DNA from: Paragordius varius
Taxonomy: Eukaryota > Animalia > Nematomorpha
DNA: 64,000 bases
Reading direction: 5' to 3'
NCBI GenBank assembly: GCA_964247055.1
Contig: OZ176058.1
Coordinates: 2,418,001-2,482,000 of the forward strand
Position 1 is the first letter of the stretch, and each line of letters starts with the position of its first letter. Positions 1 to 13,710 of the stretch are shown in pieces. The translations under genes and the position numbers were made by a program. The notes below the pieces were generated by a model. The model was not told where the DNA came from and searched no databases. It saw nothing but the letters and a program-made list of their open reading frames with translations.

Positions 1-470
1 TAAATTCTTTAAAAATATGATAGGAACTAAAACCGAGGCAAAATGTATTTATAACATTAATAAACCGAAATATATAAAAAAATTTAGTCAAAAAAACTTG
101 ATACCTATTTTAAGCTAAAACCGAAAGGTAAAAATTTTGTCAACGTGACTTGTGTGAAATGGAAAAATTAAAAAATAATACAAAATAAACCGTGTTTCTA
201 TCAATGAGATGTGATTTAAATAAAAAATTAGCTTTAATTTTACCCTAAAAATAAATGAAGACTATATTTTACAAATATTTTGTAAAATAAAAATGGCGTC
301 GAAGTAGTTTGACATGATTTTTAAAAACAAAATTTATAGATAATTTGGCATATTTCTATTAGAATAAAAGCATAAATTGGAATTGGGACGGTTTCCTTCT
401 GTAGTTTTTTTAAAAAACCTAACTTAAATTTAATCTGGGGTATTTAGATACCCCAGTTTGAATCGAAGGA
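1..470. mobile_element. Partial copy of a ~570-bp piggyBac-like arm/MITE (same family as 36423-39749 and 41490-42060)
   Basis: Shares 'ctaaaaccgaaaggtaaaaattt..gtcaacgtgac', 'aaaatggcgtcgaagtagtttgacatg' and terminal 'ggggtatttagataccccagtttgaatcgaag' with the two later copies. Confidence 0.7.
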
Positions 471-708
471 GGACCATTTCTTAAAATATAACTCATTGTT
501 TCGAATTGCAATTTATAAAATTGATATGTATATTGGTGACAATCAATTCTATATATAACAAATGTAATTAAATAGCTTATATAGAAAAAATTAAGGTTTG
601 AAAAAGTATGGTTGTCTTTTAGATAAAAATATTTGTCTTTATATTTTTACGTTTTCCGTATAATTTAAGTTTTTACTGTATGTTTGTTATCTTTAAAAAT
701 TATATATA

Positions 709-1384
709 CCATTTGCACTTCAAGAGTGTCCTTGAACACTTCAAGATGGTCCTTGAACATTTCTAGTTGGTCCTTGAACATTTAAAGTTAGTTCTTGAAA
801 ACTTCAAGTTGGTCTTTTGAATTTTTTGTTTTGTTTTTAACTTTTATCAATCAAATCGTAAATAATTCATCTGTTTTATTGTTTTTAACCTATTTTCTAT
901 TATTTAACATAAATTTTAGTTCGATATCAAATTTTAATGTTTGAGAAACCGTATATCTTTTTCTTATACTAATTTTAGATATTTATGAATTTAACACGAA
1001 ATGAAATGTAAGTTTTCTGGGTTATCAATTAAAATTTTTCATTAAAAACATTTAAAAGTCAATGTTCAATTGAAAAAAAATAGTTTGAAACAAAAAAGTG
1101 GTTTTTCAATAAAAATTTTTATTTTTAATATAATAAATAAAGAAAATTAGGTTAATGAATAAAAAATAAAAAAATAAATGCAAATATTATGTTAAATCAA
1201 ATTTATAAATTTTAAGGACCAATTTGAAGTGTTAAGGACCAACTTGAATTGTTCAAGGACCAACTTGAAATGTTCAACGACCAACTTGAACTGTACAAGG
1301 ACCAACTTGAAATGTTCAAGGACCAACTTGAACTGTTCAAGGACCAACTTGAGGTTTTCAAAGACACTCTTGAATTGCAAATAA
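709..1384. mobile_element. Foldback MITE with 21-bp subterminal repeats (family 1 variant)
   Basis: TA-flanked left end 'ccatttgcacttcaag' with direct 21-bp units (gtccttgaacatttcaagttg) at 712-820, and the same units inverted at 1214-1380. Confidence 0.75.
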
Positions 1385-2430
1385 TATATAATGTGATTGA
1401 CGAAATCATGCGATGTTTACAACGCTAAGTAATTTTAAGTATGGTATTAACGCTCGTTATATAAGAGGGCATCTTATTAAAATCTTGTGTCAAAATGAGT
1501 CTGATTTGAAATATAGGGCCAATTGTGTAAAAGCTAATATATACTAAAAACTAGGTTTTTTCCAGTATATACCAGCTATGTATTGAATAAAAAAATATAT
1601 TGCTTTTACTCTCCAGTACGTACTATGTTCACCAGTATTTAACAAATACCATTGATTAAACCTAGTCCTTACTGGTTTTTTAAGCTTGTAAATGGCAACA
1701 ATTTAAACTATTAATTTTTCACTTAAAATAATATCGGTTATATAATTTTTATAAAATATTTAAAAATGTTTTTTTAAATTACATAATTCATATATATATA
1801 TATATATAAATAAATATAAACATATTTATATATTTTTAAATATCATTTGTTTTATTATCAATAAGAATTTTTTACTTCTCTATTCTAAGCTTTGTGAGTA
1901 TATGAGTTCCATGTAAGTGGGTTCCTTTTTACCTTTCCAAAATTAAATAAACAAATACTCGGTTTTAATTCCTTCGTTTCTGATTTGATTTCTATTTTAA
2001 AATTATAAATAATTATAATCGGATAATCTATAAGTCATCCCAACATTATCAATCAATATTTCCGCGTCTGAATATACCGCGCCCTGTATTCTTTCTAATT
2101 ATAGGTTTTTCTGTATCAAAAATTAATGATTGCAATGTGATTTCCCAAGTTTTTAAAGTTGTTTTTATTCCAGATTTGCAATTATCGAACTTTACTTTGA
2201 TTTGCTATTTCAGTTTTCTGATTTGAGTTATGTTCATATATTTGACATTCATAATTTTAATTTCGACTTGATTTGTATTTTTTATATATATCATTTCTTT
2301 GTTTTTTTATTGAGATTGTATTACTTTTGTAAAAAAAATAATGAATTTTTTTCATGAATGTCCAAAATTATATCATTTTCTTCGGTCATTTCCTTTTTCT
2401 GTAAAATATTTAAGTTTATATACTTTATAA

Positions 2431-3776
2431 CAGTGGTACTGACCAAAAAATATTGACGAGCCAAATAAAATATATTTTTTTCGAGGGCCATAAATCTTAT
2501 AATCTCAAATATTCCATAGCTATTTGACACATATGCACATATTTATAAACTAAATCAGCACAATAAATTTTTGCAGATCGCATTTAGCTAAAAACTCGTT
2601 TTGAACCATTTAGTTTAAAAAATTATTATTTTTGATAACAACATTTATTTTGATATTAACCAATAATTTTGACAAATTTGGTCTCGCTACATGACAAGTC
2701 AGTCCTAATACGTCGTCCATATGAGCATCGGTTAAGCTATTTCTGTGTGTATTCTTGGCATATTTCATTTATAAATATGCCGTCACAACCATGTAAGTTG
2801 AGGGAAAAACAGTTAGGATAATTTGAGCAAATTGGAATCATTTTCTAAAATCTAAGAATTTATTAATGATATGCGCTGATCCAAACCGAAATTTTCAAGT
2901 TGCCTAATATTATATCCAAAAGCCATGGATTTTCAACGTTTAAGCAATTTTTTATATTTTATTCTTAAAATCTAAATCTTCACCTCATTATATAAAAATC
3001 TTAAATGGTTGTCTATTGTCAAATTAATCTCCGCGGTAAATTCCATATTTTCTTCATGAATCGTGGGACATAGAAGATTTTTCTTTCGAGTATAATTCCT
3101 TATTTTATATTTTTTTCTTTCCTCATGATTTTCTGATGGATTGTGAAATGTCTTTCAATTTTGTAGTTTTTATGATTATGTTGTCCTTACATATATGGCA
3201 GGTAACAACATTTTTAAACGACAATTTTTTTCCATTCTTTTTTAAGGGAGCAATTTTCATCGGATAATTTACGTTTTTTAGCATAAGATGTCCTCATTTA
3301 TGTTTAAATATTATGTAAATTTTCTCAAAAAAATAGAAACATAATTTGATTCAAGCTATAAAAAAGCAGGTCGAAATTTAATGATGATTTGAAAAATATT
3401 TTATGGGGATGAGTTATAAAAAATGATGCAGGATAGCAATGAAAAGAATATGTATATGCAAGGGTAAAAGGCTTGCTTAAACACAAAAAAGGAATGCAAT
3501 AAAAATTTCAAAATAGAATACAGAAACAGATACAACGTGTGCCAAAATTTGAAATCATTTTAATTTAAGGAATTTTACTTCATTTCAAATTGGGTAAAAA
3601 ATAAAAATTGCCAAAATTAAATCTAAAGAAATAAATTAATATTAAAATAAACGAAAATTCGTTTATGTGTATTTTAAAAATTCATCAATTAAAACAAAAG
3701 TAATATGGTCAGAGGGCAATTTTAAAGCACTCTTAGGGCCGCATGCGGCCCAGGGGCCGCGGTTTGAGTACCAGTG
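2431..3776 (-). mobile_element. Internally deleted hAT (Buster/SPIN-like) DNA transposon
   Basis: Termini CAGTGGTACT (2431) and AGTACCAGTG (3776); identical 8-bp TSD CTTTATAA at 2423-2430 and 3777-3784 with central TA; subterminal GGGCCGCATGCGGCCC palindrome; transposase relic inside. Confidence 0.9.
2655..2870 (-). pseudogene. hAT transposase C-terminal dimerisation-domain relic (frameshifted)
   Basis: Minus strand reads LTVFPSTY..(fs)..MKYAKNTHRNSLTDAHMDDVLGL...PNLSKLL, matching the F.STY.CE..FS.MK..K...R..L.D.HL...L motif of Buster/SPIN transposases. Confidence 0.8.
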
Positions 3777-4007
3777 CTTTATAATGACCTTATAATATAA
3801 ACATTTAAATTTTATATAAATTTTGAAATGAATATTTTTGAATGTGGCTATTTTCTATATAAAACGCCACCGATTTATTCAAATTCTAGTTGTGACTATG
3901 ATAAAATGATCTTTTCATATTTTCTATAGGTTAAAATTATATATATCTTTAATTTAGAGCCTACAACAAGTAAAAAGAACATATTTAAAATTTATCTTTT
4001 ACCGTTA

Positions 4008-4845
4008 TTGACGTTACTTGTAGTCTCCATTTATTATTGGTGGCCAAGAAGACGAACCAATGAATCTCCTCACGCTAGCATTGCCAATTTATCCATAGAA
4101 AAATACAATGATAATATTAAATTCGAAGATTACCTCGAGTATATTAACAACGTATTTGAGGCAAATATTCCGGTAAACGAAAAAACGCGTAAATCAACTA
4201 TACTAGCATATGGCGGATTCATGATAATAAGAAAGATTAACCAACGCCTATACCCCAAGAAAATGAAAAACGCCACGTGGGCGGAAATTTCGGAAACGGG
4301 AAAAAAATATTCAACCCGACGAAATCGAAATTCCAAAGCCGGTTTGAATTTTATAGGCTGGTACGCAACGATGGTGAAAGTTTCACGCAATTCCTTGAAC
4401 GTGTCAAGATAGTAGCAGAAGAAGCTCAATTCAATGAAGCCATAGAACAGCGTATACGTGATGCGTTCGTAATAGGACTGCGACAACCTCAACTAGAGAT
4501 GGATATCCATTCCAGGTACCCAGATGCTTTGATAAACGGTATTCCTGGCCCATTAGAAACTCGTAGATCTCCCACTAGCATATGAGGCTGCTAGGGCTGG
4601 ATTACAGAATAACAATAATAGTAATAACAATAGCAATCGATATAGTAAAAGCTATAATAATATCAATCGGTTACAACATTATAAATCCAATCGACAAACA
4701 ATGATAAAATCTTCTACTACATGTAAATATTGCGGCACCACACACCCACCCAACAAGTGTCCAGCCTGGAGACGATCCTGCAACAAATGCGGAAAGCTGT
4801 TTCATTTTGCTAGGATGTGTGTGGCCAAGAGACAAAGACCCATAG
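4008..4845 (+). pseudogene. Ty3/gypsy (Mag-like) gag relic, frameshifted
   Basis: ORFs 4008-4412 and 4277-4585 join by a frameshift into a gag-like protein (FEDYLE...FYRLVRNDGESFTQFLERVK...IRDAFVIGL); 4701-4883 holds the double Zn knuckle CKYCGTTH....CPA....CNKCGK..HFA..C. Confidence 0.85.
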
Positions 4846-7800
4846 AAAAAGCTTATCTTTCCAATTTACATATAAATGGGTAAAATAGGATAATATTAAT
4901 ACCTAAACAACTGTTATACGGTTTTTATTTACTAACTCTCAAACTCCACAACATGTTAGTTCGCTTATAGTAACCGGTGCACATTAAAGCAATTTGAAAA
5001 TAAATTTATATTTTCCTTAACGATCCAGGATTATCTTTGTCACTCATTGACTCTTTTATTAGTTTAATTCAATGGCGCTCAGTCCGAGTTCCTAAAAGTA
5101 CTTTTTTTTACTTATTAATCTGATAATTTTTTAGAGGATTATTATTTGAAAATGTGTCAAAAAGCATATTTTTTTCTGTAGTGCCCCAAATAATTAAAAG
5201 GTGATGACAAACTCACATCTTTGTGGTAGAAAATTTACCGGTAAGACCGTAATGGGTAGCAAACAGCATATGATAGCAAAATTATCATGTCATTAGAAAT
5301 TCCACAAGATATGTCATACATTTATATTTTTTTAGGATTTATTGGCCTAAGGCTTAAATTTAAATTTACCGATAATTGATTATCAGTTCTGTCATAGTGG
5401 CTTTAACATATATTAGTCATTTTTGTGCATTAAGGATAAAATTGATTGTAATTGGGTGTTTTATTGATAACTTGGTATATCTCCTTATGGGAAAAGCATT
5501 GAAGGCACCCCATAGATGGAGAGCTTAAGCTGATCACTCGAAAATCGAAATAAAAAGGTGTCACATGTAGAGTAATTGAATTAAAATTATACGGACAAAA
5601 AGTAAAAATATAAAGATGTATATTATTTTCTAAAAGGCAATTAACCATACTATTAATTTTCGAATCACCACTTTGATACTTTTTACACTTTTGTTGGGCT
5701 TTACATAAAGATACAGGATTACGTCCAAAAATATCGAATTAGTTAGTTATTTGAAACAAAACAAATAAAGGTAACAAATAACAAACTTGATAATTATAAA
5801 TAATATTTGTAAAAAAGCAGATAATATCTATAAATTTTATATATATCTTTTCGTCCCTGCTAATGAGGTGCCATCTAATTAATGGTTAGTAAAATTACGC
5901 ATAACTTATTTCATTAGTTTTAAAGTGTTAAAAAAATTAGTTGAGTTAAAAATGTATTAATATTATTAAATTATTTTGTTGTAAAAAATGGTGGTTTATG
6001 GTTCAAAATACCATGTTAGATTCGATATATAATTTGTTTAAAAAATGTATGTAAAAATACCCATATTAGCTTGTTTATATAATTTAATTGTTAAGAAGGG
6101 GTTGATTATTAAATAGTAAAATTTAATAATACGGACAAAATGTGAAAATATATAGACAAATATTTTTATCTAAAAGACAACCATACTTTAAAAACCTAAA
6201 TGTTTCCCTTATAAGCTACTTAGTTACGATTCTAAAATATAGAATTAATTAGGTTAGTATTAGATATCTTTATTTCACACTTTGCCATTAAAAACAATGA
6301 GTTATATTGAAATAAATCAAGATATAAAAAATATAGTTGTCTTACAGAAAAAAATATTTGTCTTTATATTTTTACGTTTTGTCCGTATAAGTTCAGTTTT
6401 TACTCTAACATTATTAGTCGGGTTAAGAACACGGTTAATTGATTGGTATTATATATTTGATTGAAAAAACTGATGAAGTTTAAATAAAAGAAAAGAACAG
6501 AATGTTGAAGGAGAGCTTTATAGTGATAAAGAAGAGAAAATAATGAATATAAAATATAAATCAGTCATGTGCAAATCAAATAGCTTTACGGACCGCATTG
6601 CATATATATGCGGGCATAGTAATATATTGAATTTTTAGGATAAAATGATAAAATGCAAAATAACAATTTTTTTATATAAACTTTTTTTAGTAAAATTCTT
6701 TAATATATATTAATTTTTCTGAAACTATGTGACAATATTTTCGCATATTATGGAATTCTATTTATATACTATCGCTAAAATTTTTCTTAAAAATTAATAT
6801 TATATTTTTTTTTCCAATTTTTTATATTTATAATTTTTATATGTTCGGTAAACAGTAATAGAAAATTCATTAAATAATTTCAATTATTGCTGATTTTACA
6901 TAGTTTAATAAATAATTTGGTTGACAAATAGTATTATCCCATAGCTTAGGTAAAATTTTTTTTTAAAAAAATAATTTACTGATAAAAATATTGATATTAG
7001 AGCCTATTTAATCTAATTTAATGTAAAAGTAGAAGTAAAATGTTGAAAATACTTTATCTTCTTAATAAAATTTAATTTTTAGAAAAGTAATGGATGATCG
7101 TTGTAAACTATATGATATTAATTATCTTATTTTTTAAAGTAATCCCTGATAAAAAATAAAAATAGACTAGTAAATAAAATCAAATTGTAAATTAATTATT
7201 GAAATACGCATATTAATATAATAAAATTTATCAAAAAACAGTGAGTAATGTTTAAAAGATTAATTTTAGACTGGATAATTCAATATTAATATACCTATTT
7301 TAGACTAGTGTATTAAATTTGATGAATGTTGATTAGAGATATCCAACTAAGCCTGATCACTTTACGATAAAATTAAAATACGGATATAACCTAAAAAAAT
7401 AAAAAAAATTCAAAACAAAACCAACCAAACCTATAATATCAATTTCAGCAATTTAATCAAAAATGTTAATAGGCAAAATTTTCCATTTTCTCTAATTTAT
7501 ACTTCAATAATTAAAATTATAAGTTATATTTAAAAAGTCAAGGGAACTAAAAAATCGGTAATTTAAAAAAGATAATCCTTGTGTTTATAAATTTTGTCTC
7601 TATAATCATTTTTTTCTTAATAATTTAAAATGAAGAAAAAATTTATAATAGTATACGCGGCAGCAATCATGGGTGATTTTTTTATTAACACTAGAATATA
7701 AAACAAGATTTTTTTAATCTATACCATTTTAATACGAGCTTATTCTAAATTGTGTCTTTATAATTTTATTAAAATATAAAAACAAACATGGTATAATTAT

Positions 7801-10800
7801 ATATATTATGAGTTAAACGCCATCTAAATAACTATAAAAATTGAGAATAGAAAGTTGTAGTTTGGTTTATAGATTGCATTTACAGTAATATTTTATGCAG
7901 ACAAAACTTAAAATAATAACAGATATATTTTTTCAAAAAACGGACTTGGTAAAATCTAGACCATGGATTTAAATTGCAAAGTATAGAACAAAGAATTACA
8001 ATTAGTATTGTGAAATAAAAAAAATTATTTATATCAGTATATCTAAGGTTTAAAAAGTATGGTTATCTTTTACAAAAAATAATTGTCTTTATGTTTTACA
8101 TTTTAGCTGTAAAATTGTTTTTTACACTTTCGATATCTTTTTTTCAAATTTTGAATTTATTTTTAAAAGTCTTTGACATATAAAAAATAAAATCGTAATT
8201 GGATTATTAAATTTATATAAAAAAGGGTAAAATTAAAAAAATTCAATCATCTTGGGTACATAAATCAGAGTTTGCAGTGAGCCCTTTAACAAAAAACCTC
8301 GAATTATTAATTTTAAAACACATTTTAATATCAATCTTATTAAAAATGTACAGTTAAGCATCTTCTTTACTACCTATTATGTGTCCTTTTTATCAGGTCA
8401 TTTAATTATTAAAAGTTTTTACTGATTGCAGATTGGATTTTTTTATTTTAGTTAATGTACTTTTAAACAGTCGAAAACAAAAATTAACCGATCTGAAGGC
8501 TTTGAGAGATATATTTCGGATGTTTTATATCCAGAGAACAAGTATTTGTAATAATATAAAAGCTTAAAAGTAATACTAAAAAGTATCTTGAGTGGCCTTC
8601 AAAAAATGGTAATATCCAAACTAAATAAAATTGAAAGAATTAATTAGAAAAATGGGTGAAGAAAAGGGCAGTACAAAAAAGATTTCCAATCTGCATATAA
8701 ATGGGTAAAATAGGATAATATTAAAACCTAAACAACTGGTAATACTAAATTTTAAATTCCACAACATATTAAATCGCTTATAGGAACCGGAAAACATTAA
8801 AGCAAATTAGATGGGTCTTAAGTCACCCATAAAATAAATATAAGTTTTCCTTAACGCTTCATTATTTGTCACTCATTGACTCTTCTATCTTTAGTCTAAT
8901 TCATGGTGCTCAAGCCGAGGTCCTAAAAGTACTTTTTTTTCACTTATTAATCTGATTTATTTTTTTTGGAGTATCATTATTTGAAAATGTGTCAAAAAGC
9001 ATATTTTTTTCTGTAGTGCTCCAAATAAATTAAAAGGGAATGTCAAACCCATTTCTGTTTCACATCTTTGTGGATATTAAACTTACCTGTAAGACCGTAA
9101 TGGGTTTCGATTGCAGTTGTCAAGACAGCAAATAATAGTATATAAGTATATAAGTAGAAATTCGGCATGATTATAAAATGTTTTGTCAAACATTTAAATT
9201 TTTTTAGGATTTATTGGCCTAAGGCTTAAATTTATAATTATCAATATTTAACATATATTAGCTTTATTGTGCATTAAGAATAAAATTGATTCTAATTGGG
9301 TGTTTTATTGATTACTTGGCATATCTCCTTACGGGAGGCATCAAAAATTGGTATTGGTATTCTGGTTTTATTTAAAATTCAATTAATGTATTCATAAATA
9401 TTAGTAGTAATGTTTTGGCTTAAATCACAGGGGACTCATTGAAGGCACTCCTCAGACGGGGAGCTTAAGCTGGCTTTAATTATAATAGAAAGGTGTTTAT
9501 TGTCGAGTAAAAATAAAAATTATACGAACAAAAAGTAAAAATAAAAAGTTGAATATTATTTTATAAAAGGCAACCAACCATATCATTTAAATTTTGATTT
9601 GTTTTAAATATAAATCATTCTGATTACAAAATAATAAAGAGATATGTATATTGATAAAAAATCAATTAATACAATCGTAGTTAAATGGGAAAAATTATGT
9701 TTGAAAAAAGTGTGGTTTCCTTTAGTATAGTCTTTATATTTTTATGAATTGTCCCTATAAATTCGATTTTTTGTGATTATTATTATTCTATCATTAATCA
9801 TAAAATTTTAATTTCACAGTCTACAAATATCGTGTTGGACATCCTTGGTTTATTACTAATAATATTATATTTCTAATTTTGTGTCCAATTTTTTATATTT
9901 ATTTTTGTTTTTTACGTTTGACAAAAATTACTAACAGTGATAAATTTCATGTTTAAATAATTTTTATTGTTAATAGAGATTAAAATATAATTTGATTGTT
10001 GTCCAATTGTAGATTTTTTAATACACTGCCATAGCTTAGGTAATATAATTTTATTGAAAAATAATTATTTACTGATAAAAATGTTTGTTAAAAATACTTT
10101 GCTATCCTTGTTAATAAAATTTAATTTTTAGGAAAGTAATGGATGATCGTTGTAAACTATATTATATTTATTATCTTGTTTTTTAAAGAGTCGTTGATAA
10201 AAAAAATAAAAATAGACAAAAAATTTTAAAAAAAATTTAAAAACAAACCAACCAAACCTATAATATCCTCGATTTCAGCAGCTAAACAATTTAATTAAAA
10301 TTGTAAATACGCAGAATTTTTCCATTTTACATCTCTTAACTTCAATGATTAAAACTATAAGTTATATTTGAAAACTTAGGTAGTAAAAAATGTAGCGGTC
10401 ATCAAAAAAAATTTATCTTTGTGTTTATAAATTTTGTTTTTATAATTTTGATTTTTAGTGTATGATTTGATTATGGTTTAAACAAGGAAATGATCATAAA
10501 ATATCTAAATTGTTAAAATTATTAATTATTTGATATTAGATTGAAAGTAATGTTGTGATAAAGTAGAAAATTCTTGAAAATATCCAGCTGGTATATTTAA
10601 TTTCATTTTAAAAAGTGACCGTGTACTAAAAATTAGTTAATATAAATTGATAAAAAATATTGTTAATTGTTAAAAATATTAATTTTTGACTGGTTATATA
10701 ACCTAAATAGGTAATTTTTGAAAAATTTATATTGGTTTAAAATTTGATTGTTTTAAATAGTAATCACTGTTTATATACCAATATTAGAAGTTACTATTGA

Positions 10801-11200
10801 ATAAGGCTGCTCTGGGGTTATGAAAAGTATCCGATTGAACTACAAATATGAAATCCGATAGATAAATGTATCAGGATTATTAATGTGCTTTTGTCCCTTT
10901 TTGCGTGATTTAAGTTTATTTACTTTTTTTATAAGTCCACCATAGCGAACATTTTAATAATTTTTTTTGATGAAATATCAATAAACCATTTTAAAAACTA
11001 TTATTATAATAAATCTTAACTGAGTTATAAATCGAAAATTAATTATATAAATTTTTAATCGCAGGCATCGAAATTCATAGATTTTTGCACTGCTAGAAAT
11101 GGGACTATTTCCGATAAACCCAAAAATGCTGATATTACACGATATCACTTTAAAATATATGCTAATTTATAACATCTAGAAGAGAAATATTTTAAAATTA

Positions 11201-13710
11201 TGGGTCGGGTGATAAAAAAACTTTTTTGACGACTTGCAAGTTTTTCACATGGCTTGCTTTCATGTGATAAAAAAAATAACATTACATGACTTAAGTCAAG
11301 CAAGAAAACTTAATTTGGAGGTGATAAAAAATCATATGATCAAGTAAAACTTAAAGATTTTGCAAGGGTGGTGTAGGGCACACTTGACAGATTTAAAAAT
11401 ATGGATAAAATTTTTTTGGAAACTATTTATGTATAAAATTTAGGATTTATATGTAATTCAAACTTTTGTTAATGCTATAAATTGTTAATTTGATAAATTT
11501 TGGCTAATTAATCTATTCATCGGGTGGATACAAAAGAGGATAATATGGAAAAATTCTGCTAATATTGAATGACATGGCATATAAAAATATGGTAAATATA
11601 TCAATACCGTGACCGCGAAAAAATTTGATTCTCAAAAATTTCTTAAGATCAATAATTAAATATTAATCTTGTGAAATTTCAAATCTTCGTTAACGCTAAA
11701 GGTTACTTCACTATTAACTAATTAAAAGAATTTATATATCATAAATCTATTTCGTATGTAGTGATAATCAATTAAAAATAATGTGTATATTGTAATAAAC
11801 ATCTCCCAATTATATTTGCAAATGGACTTCAAACAAAATGAGTAGTTGTTATGCAAATCTGGAAGATATACTTTATTTTTATATCATAATTCTATGGATT
11901 ACATGCAAATGTGAAATACATATCATAACTTTCACCGTTATCTGAATTGTATTATTTTCTATATTTTTTGTGTAATATGTAAATATTATAATCTTTGTTA
12001 CTTGAAATTTTATTGATATAATGCAAATCACGGACAGTTAAAATTGCTATATATACACCTTAAAAAACCAAATAAAGAATTCAGTTCATTTCACATTTCT
12101 TATATTATCTCTGTATCGTACAAAATAACAACTGGTGGCAATTCGAGTATCGAACTAATCTAACAACTAATCTAACACAACAGTGGAACCTCCGGGTTCC
12201 AAACTCGGATGGGGAGTTAGAGTCCAAAGTTCCACAACCATGACAATGTCAATTGCCAATATTACCAGCATGTCCAGTAAAAAATTTAATGATAATACCA
12301 ATTAGAACAATGGTAATAATTTTTCGATCACAACAATCAACCTCTGACACATTCGCGCAAGGGTTATGGGAGTGTTCATGGGCCAAACAAATGCCCCGCC
12401 TGGAACCGCAATTGCAAATGCGGAAAACCTAACCACTTCGCTAATGTAGATCAAACTGCCAAAAAAATGTTCAACCGCCATTGCACTGAAAGCGAACGGG
12501 CTAATAATCTATAGAAACTTTGAAATCATTATCAACAAATGGCTGGGGAGGACTCCCACATCATTCAACAATTGATGGATGGGTAAGTAAGAATTGGCGC
12601 GGACAAACTTGTGATAAGATTGATCGGTAAGACGCCTACCTCCCCAGGCCGAGTTAAAGCTACACCTCGACGATTTCAACAATAAGAGGATGTGTCAGTT
12701 ACAAAATGACACTGTTTAGATTCGTTACAGCGCCCATAGTATATCAGTGCGCCTGGACCAGTTTCAAAGGAATGGTCTAGGGTGGCAGGCAGAGATCAAA
12801 GGAAACACGTCGACACACATAACATAGGATGTTATCTTTCAAAATTCGTCGACACACCCACGATACCGGTCACTTAAATAATAGTAATGACAATGATAAT
12901 GATACAATAAATGATAATAATAATAATGAAAGTAGTAATGATAACATTAATAGCAATAATGACAACATCAAGGTAAATCTGCACGAGCGTCGTTACCCCG
13001 AGAGAATTCGGCGGAAGCCGGTCGGGTTCTCTTAAGGGGGAAGTGATGTTATGCAAATCTGGAAGATATACTTTATTTTTATATCATAATTCTATGGATT
13101 ACATGCAAATGTGAAATACATATCATAACTTTCACCGTTATTTGAATTGTATTATTTTCTATATTTTTTGTGTAATATGTAAATATAATAATCTTTGTTA
13201 CTTGAAATTTTATTGATATAATGCAAATCACGGACAGTTAAAATTGCTATATATACACCTTAAAAAACCAAATAAAGAATTCAGTTCATTTCACATTTCT
13301 TTTATTATCTCTTTATCTTACAAGTTAACAGTAGTGTGGTAAAATAATGGAAAGTGTTTTAAGAGCGAATGGTTTGATCATTCTAAAAATTATTACCAGA
13401 CTCAATATGTAAAAATCTATATATTAAATAAGATACGTGCCATTGAGTTTCAAAAACTTCAATAAATGCATATTGTATTAATTGTTTATCTTTTTGTGCC
13501 TTATTTAATAAATTTTGGCTGAAAATGATCAAAAAAGTTTCCGTAAAATTCGAATTGGGTGGCAAAAAAATGTTACATTCATAAGCAAAAGACTTGACTT
13601 AAGTGTTTTTTTATCACCGATCTTCAGGTGTACACTTGCTGGCTTAAGTAAACTTGCTCAACTTGCCACGCTTTTACAAGTCAAATGCGGCTTTTTTATC
13701 ACCCCACCCA
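11201..13710. mobile_element. ~1.0-kb TIR element interrupted by the LTR element
   Basis: Ends TGGGTCGGGTGATAAAAAA and TTTTTTATCACCCCACCCA; internal GGTGATAAAAAA/TTTTTTATCACC repeats; absent from the equivalent position of unit D (~23535). Confidence 0.6.
11847..13330 (+). mobile_element. Non-autonomous LTR retrotransposon (1484 bp, TRIM-like, gypsy/Mag-derived)
   Basis: 284-bp LTRs 11847-12130 and 13047-13330 (TGTTA...TAACA); 5-bp TSD GTAGT; PBS TGGTGGCA at 12133; PPT AAGGGGGAAGTGA; empty site with single GTAGT at 18546 in sister unit; internal Zn-knuckle relic (HGPNKCPAWNRNCKCGKPNHFA) and pol-tail-like RRYPERIRRKP. Confidence 0.95.

Noticed and set aside
1192-1409. Repetitive ORFs (FKLVLEH)n / (SSWSLN)n
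   Set aside because: Translation of the 21-bp MITE array; 7-aa periodicity, no splice or homology support
1930-2300. Minus-strand coding-like stretch (FWKGKKEPTYMEL)
   Set aside because: Multiple stops and no family I can recognise
6490-6630. ~45-codon open stretch (EQNVEGELYSDKEEK...ICGHS) unique to unit A
   Set aside because: Short, with no clear splice partner or homology
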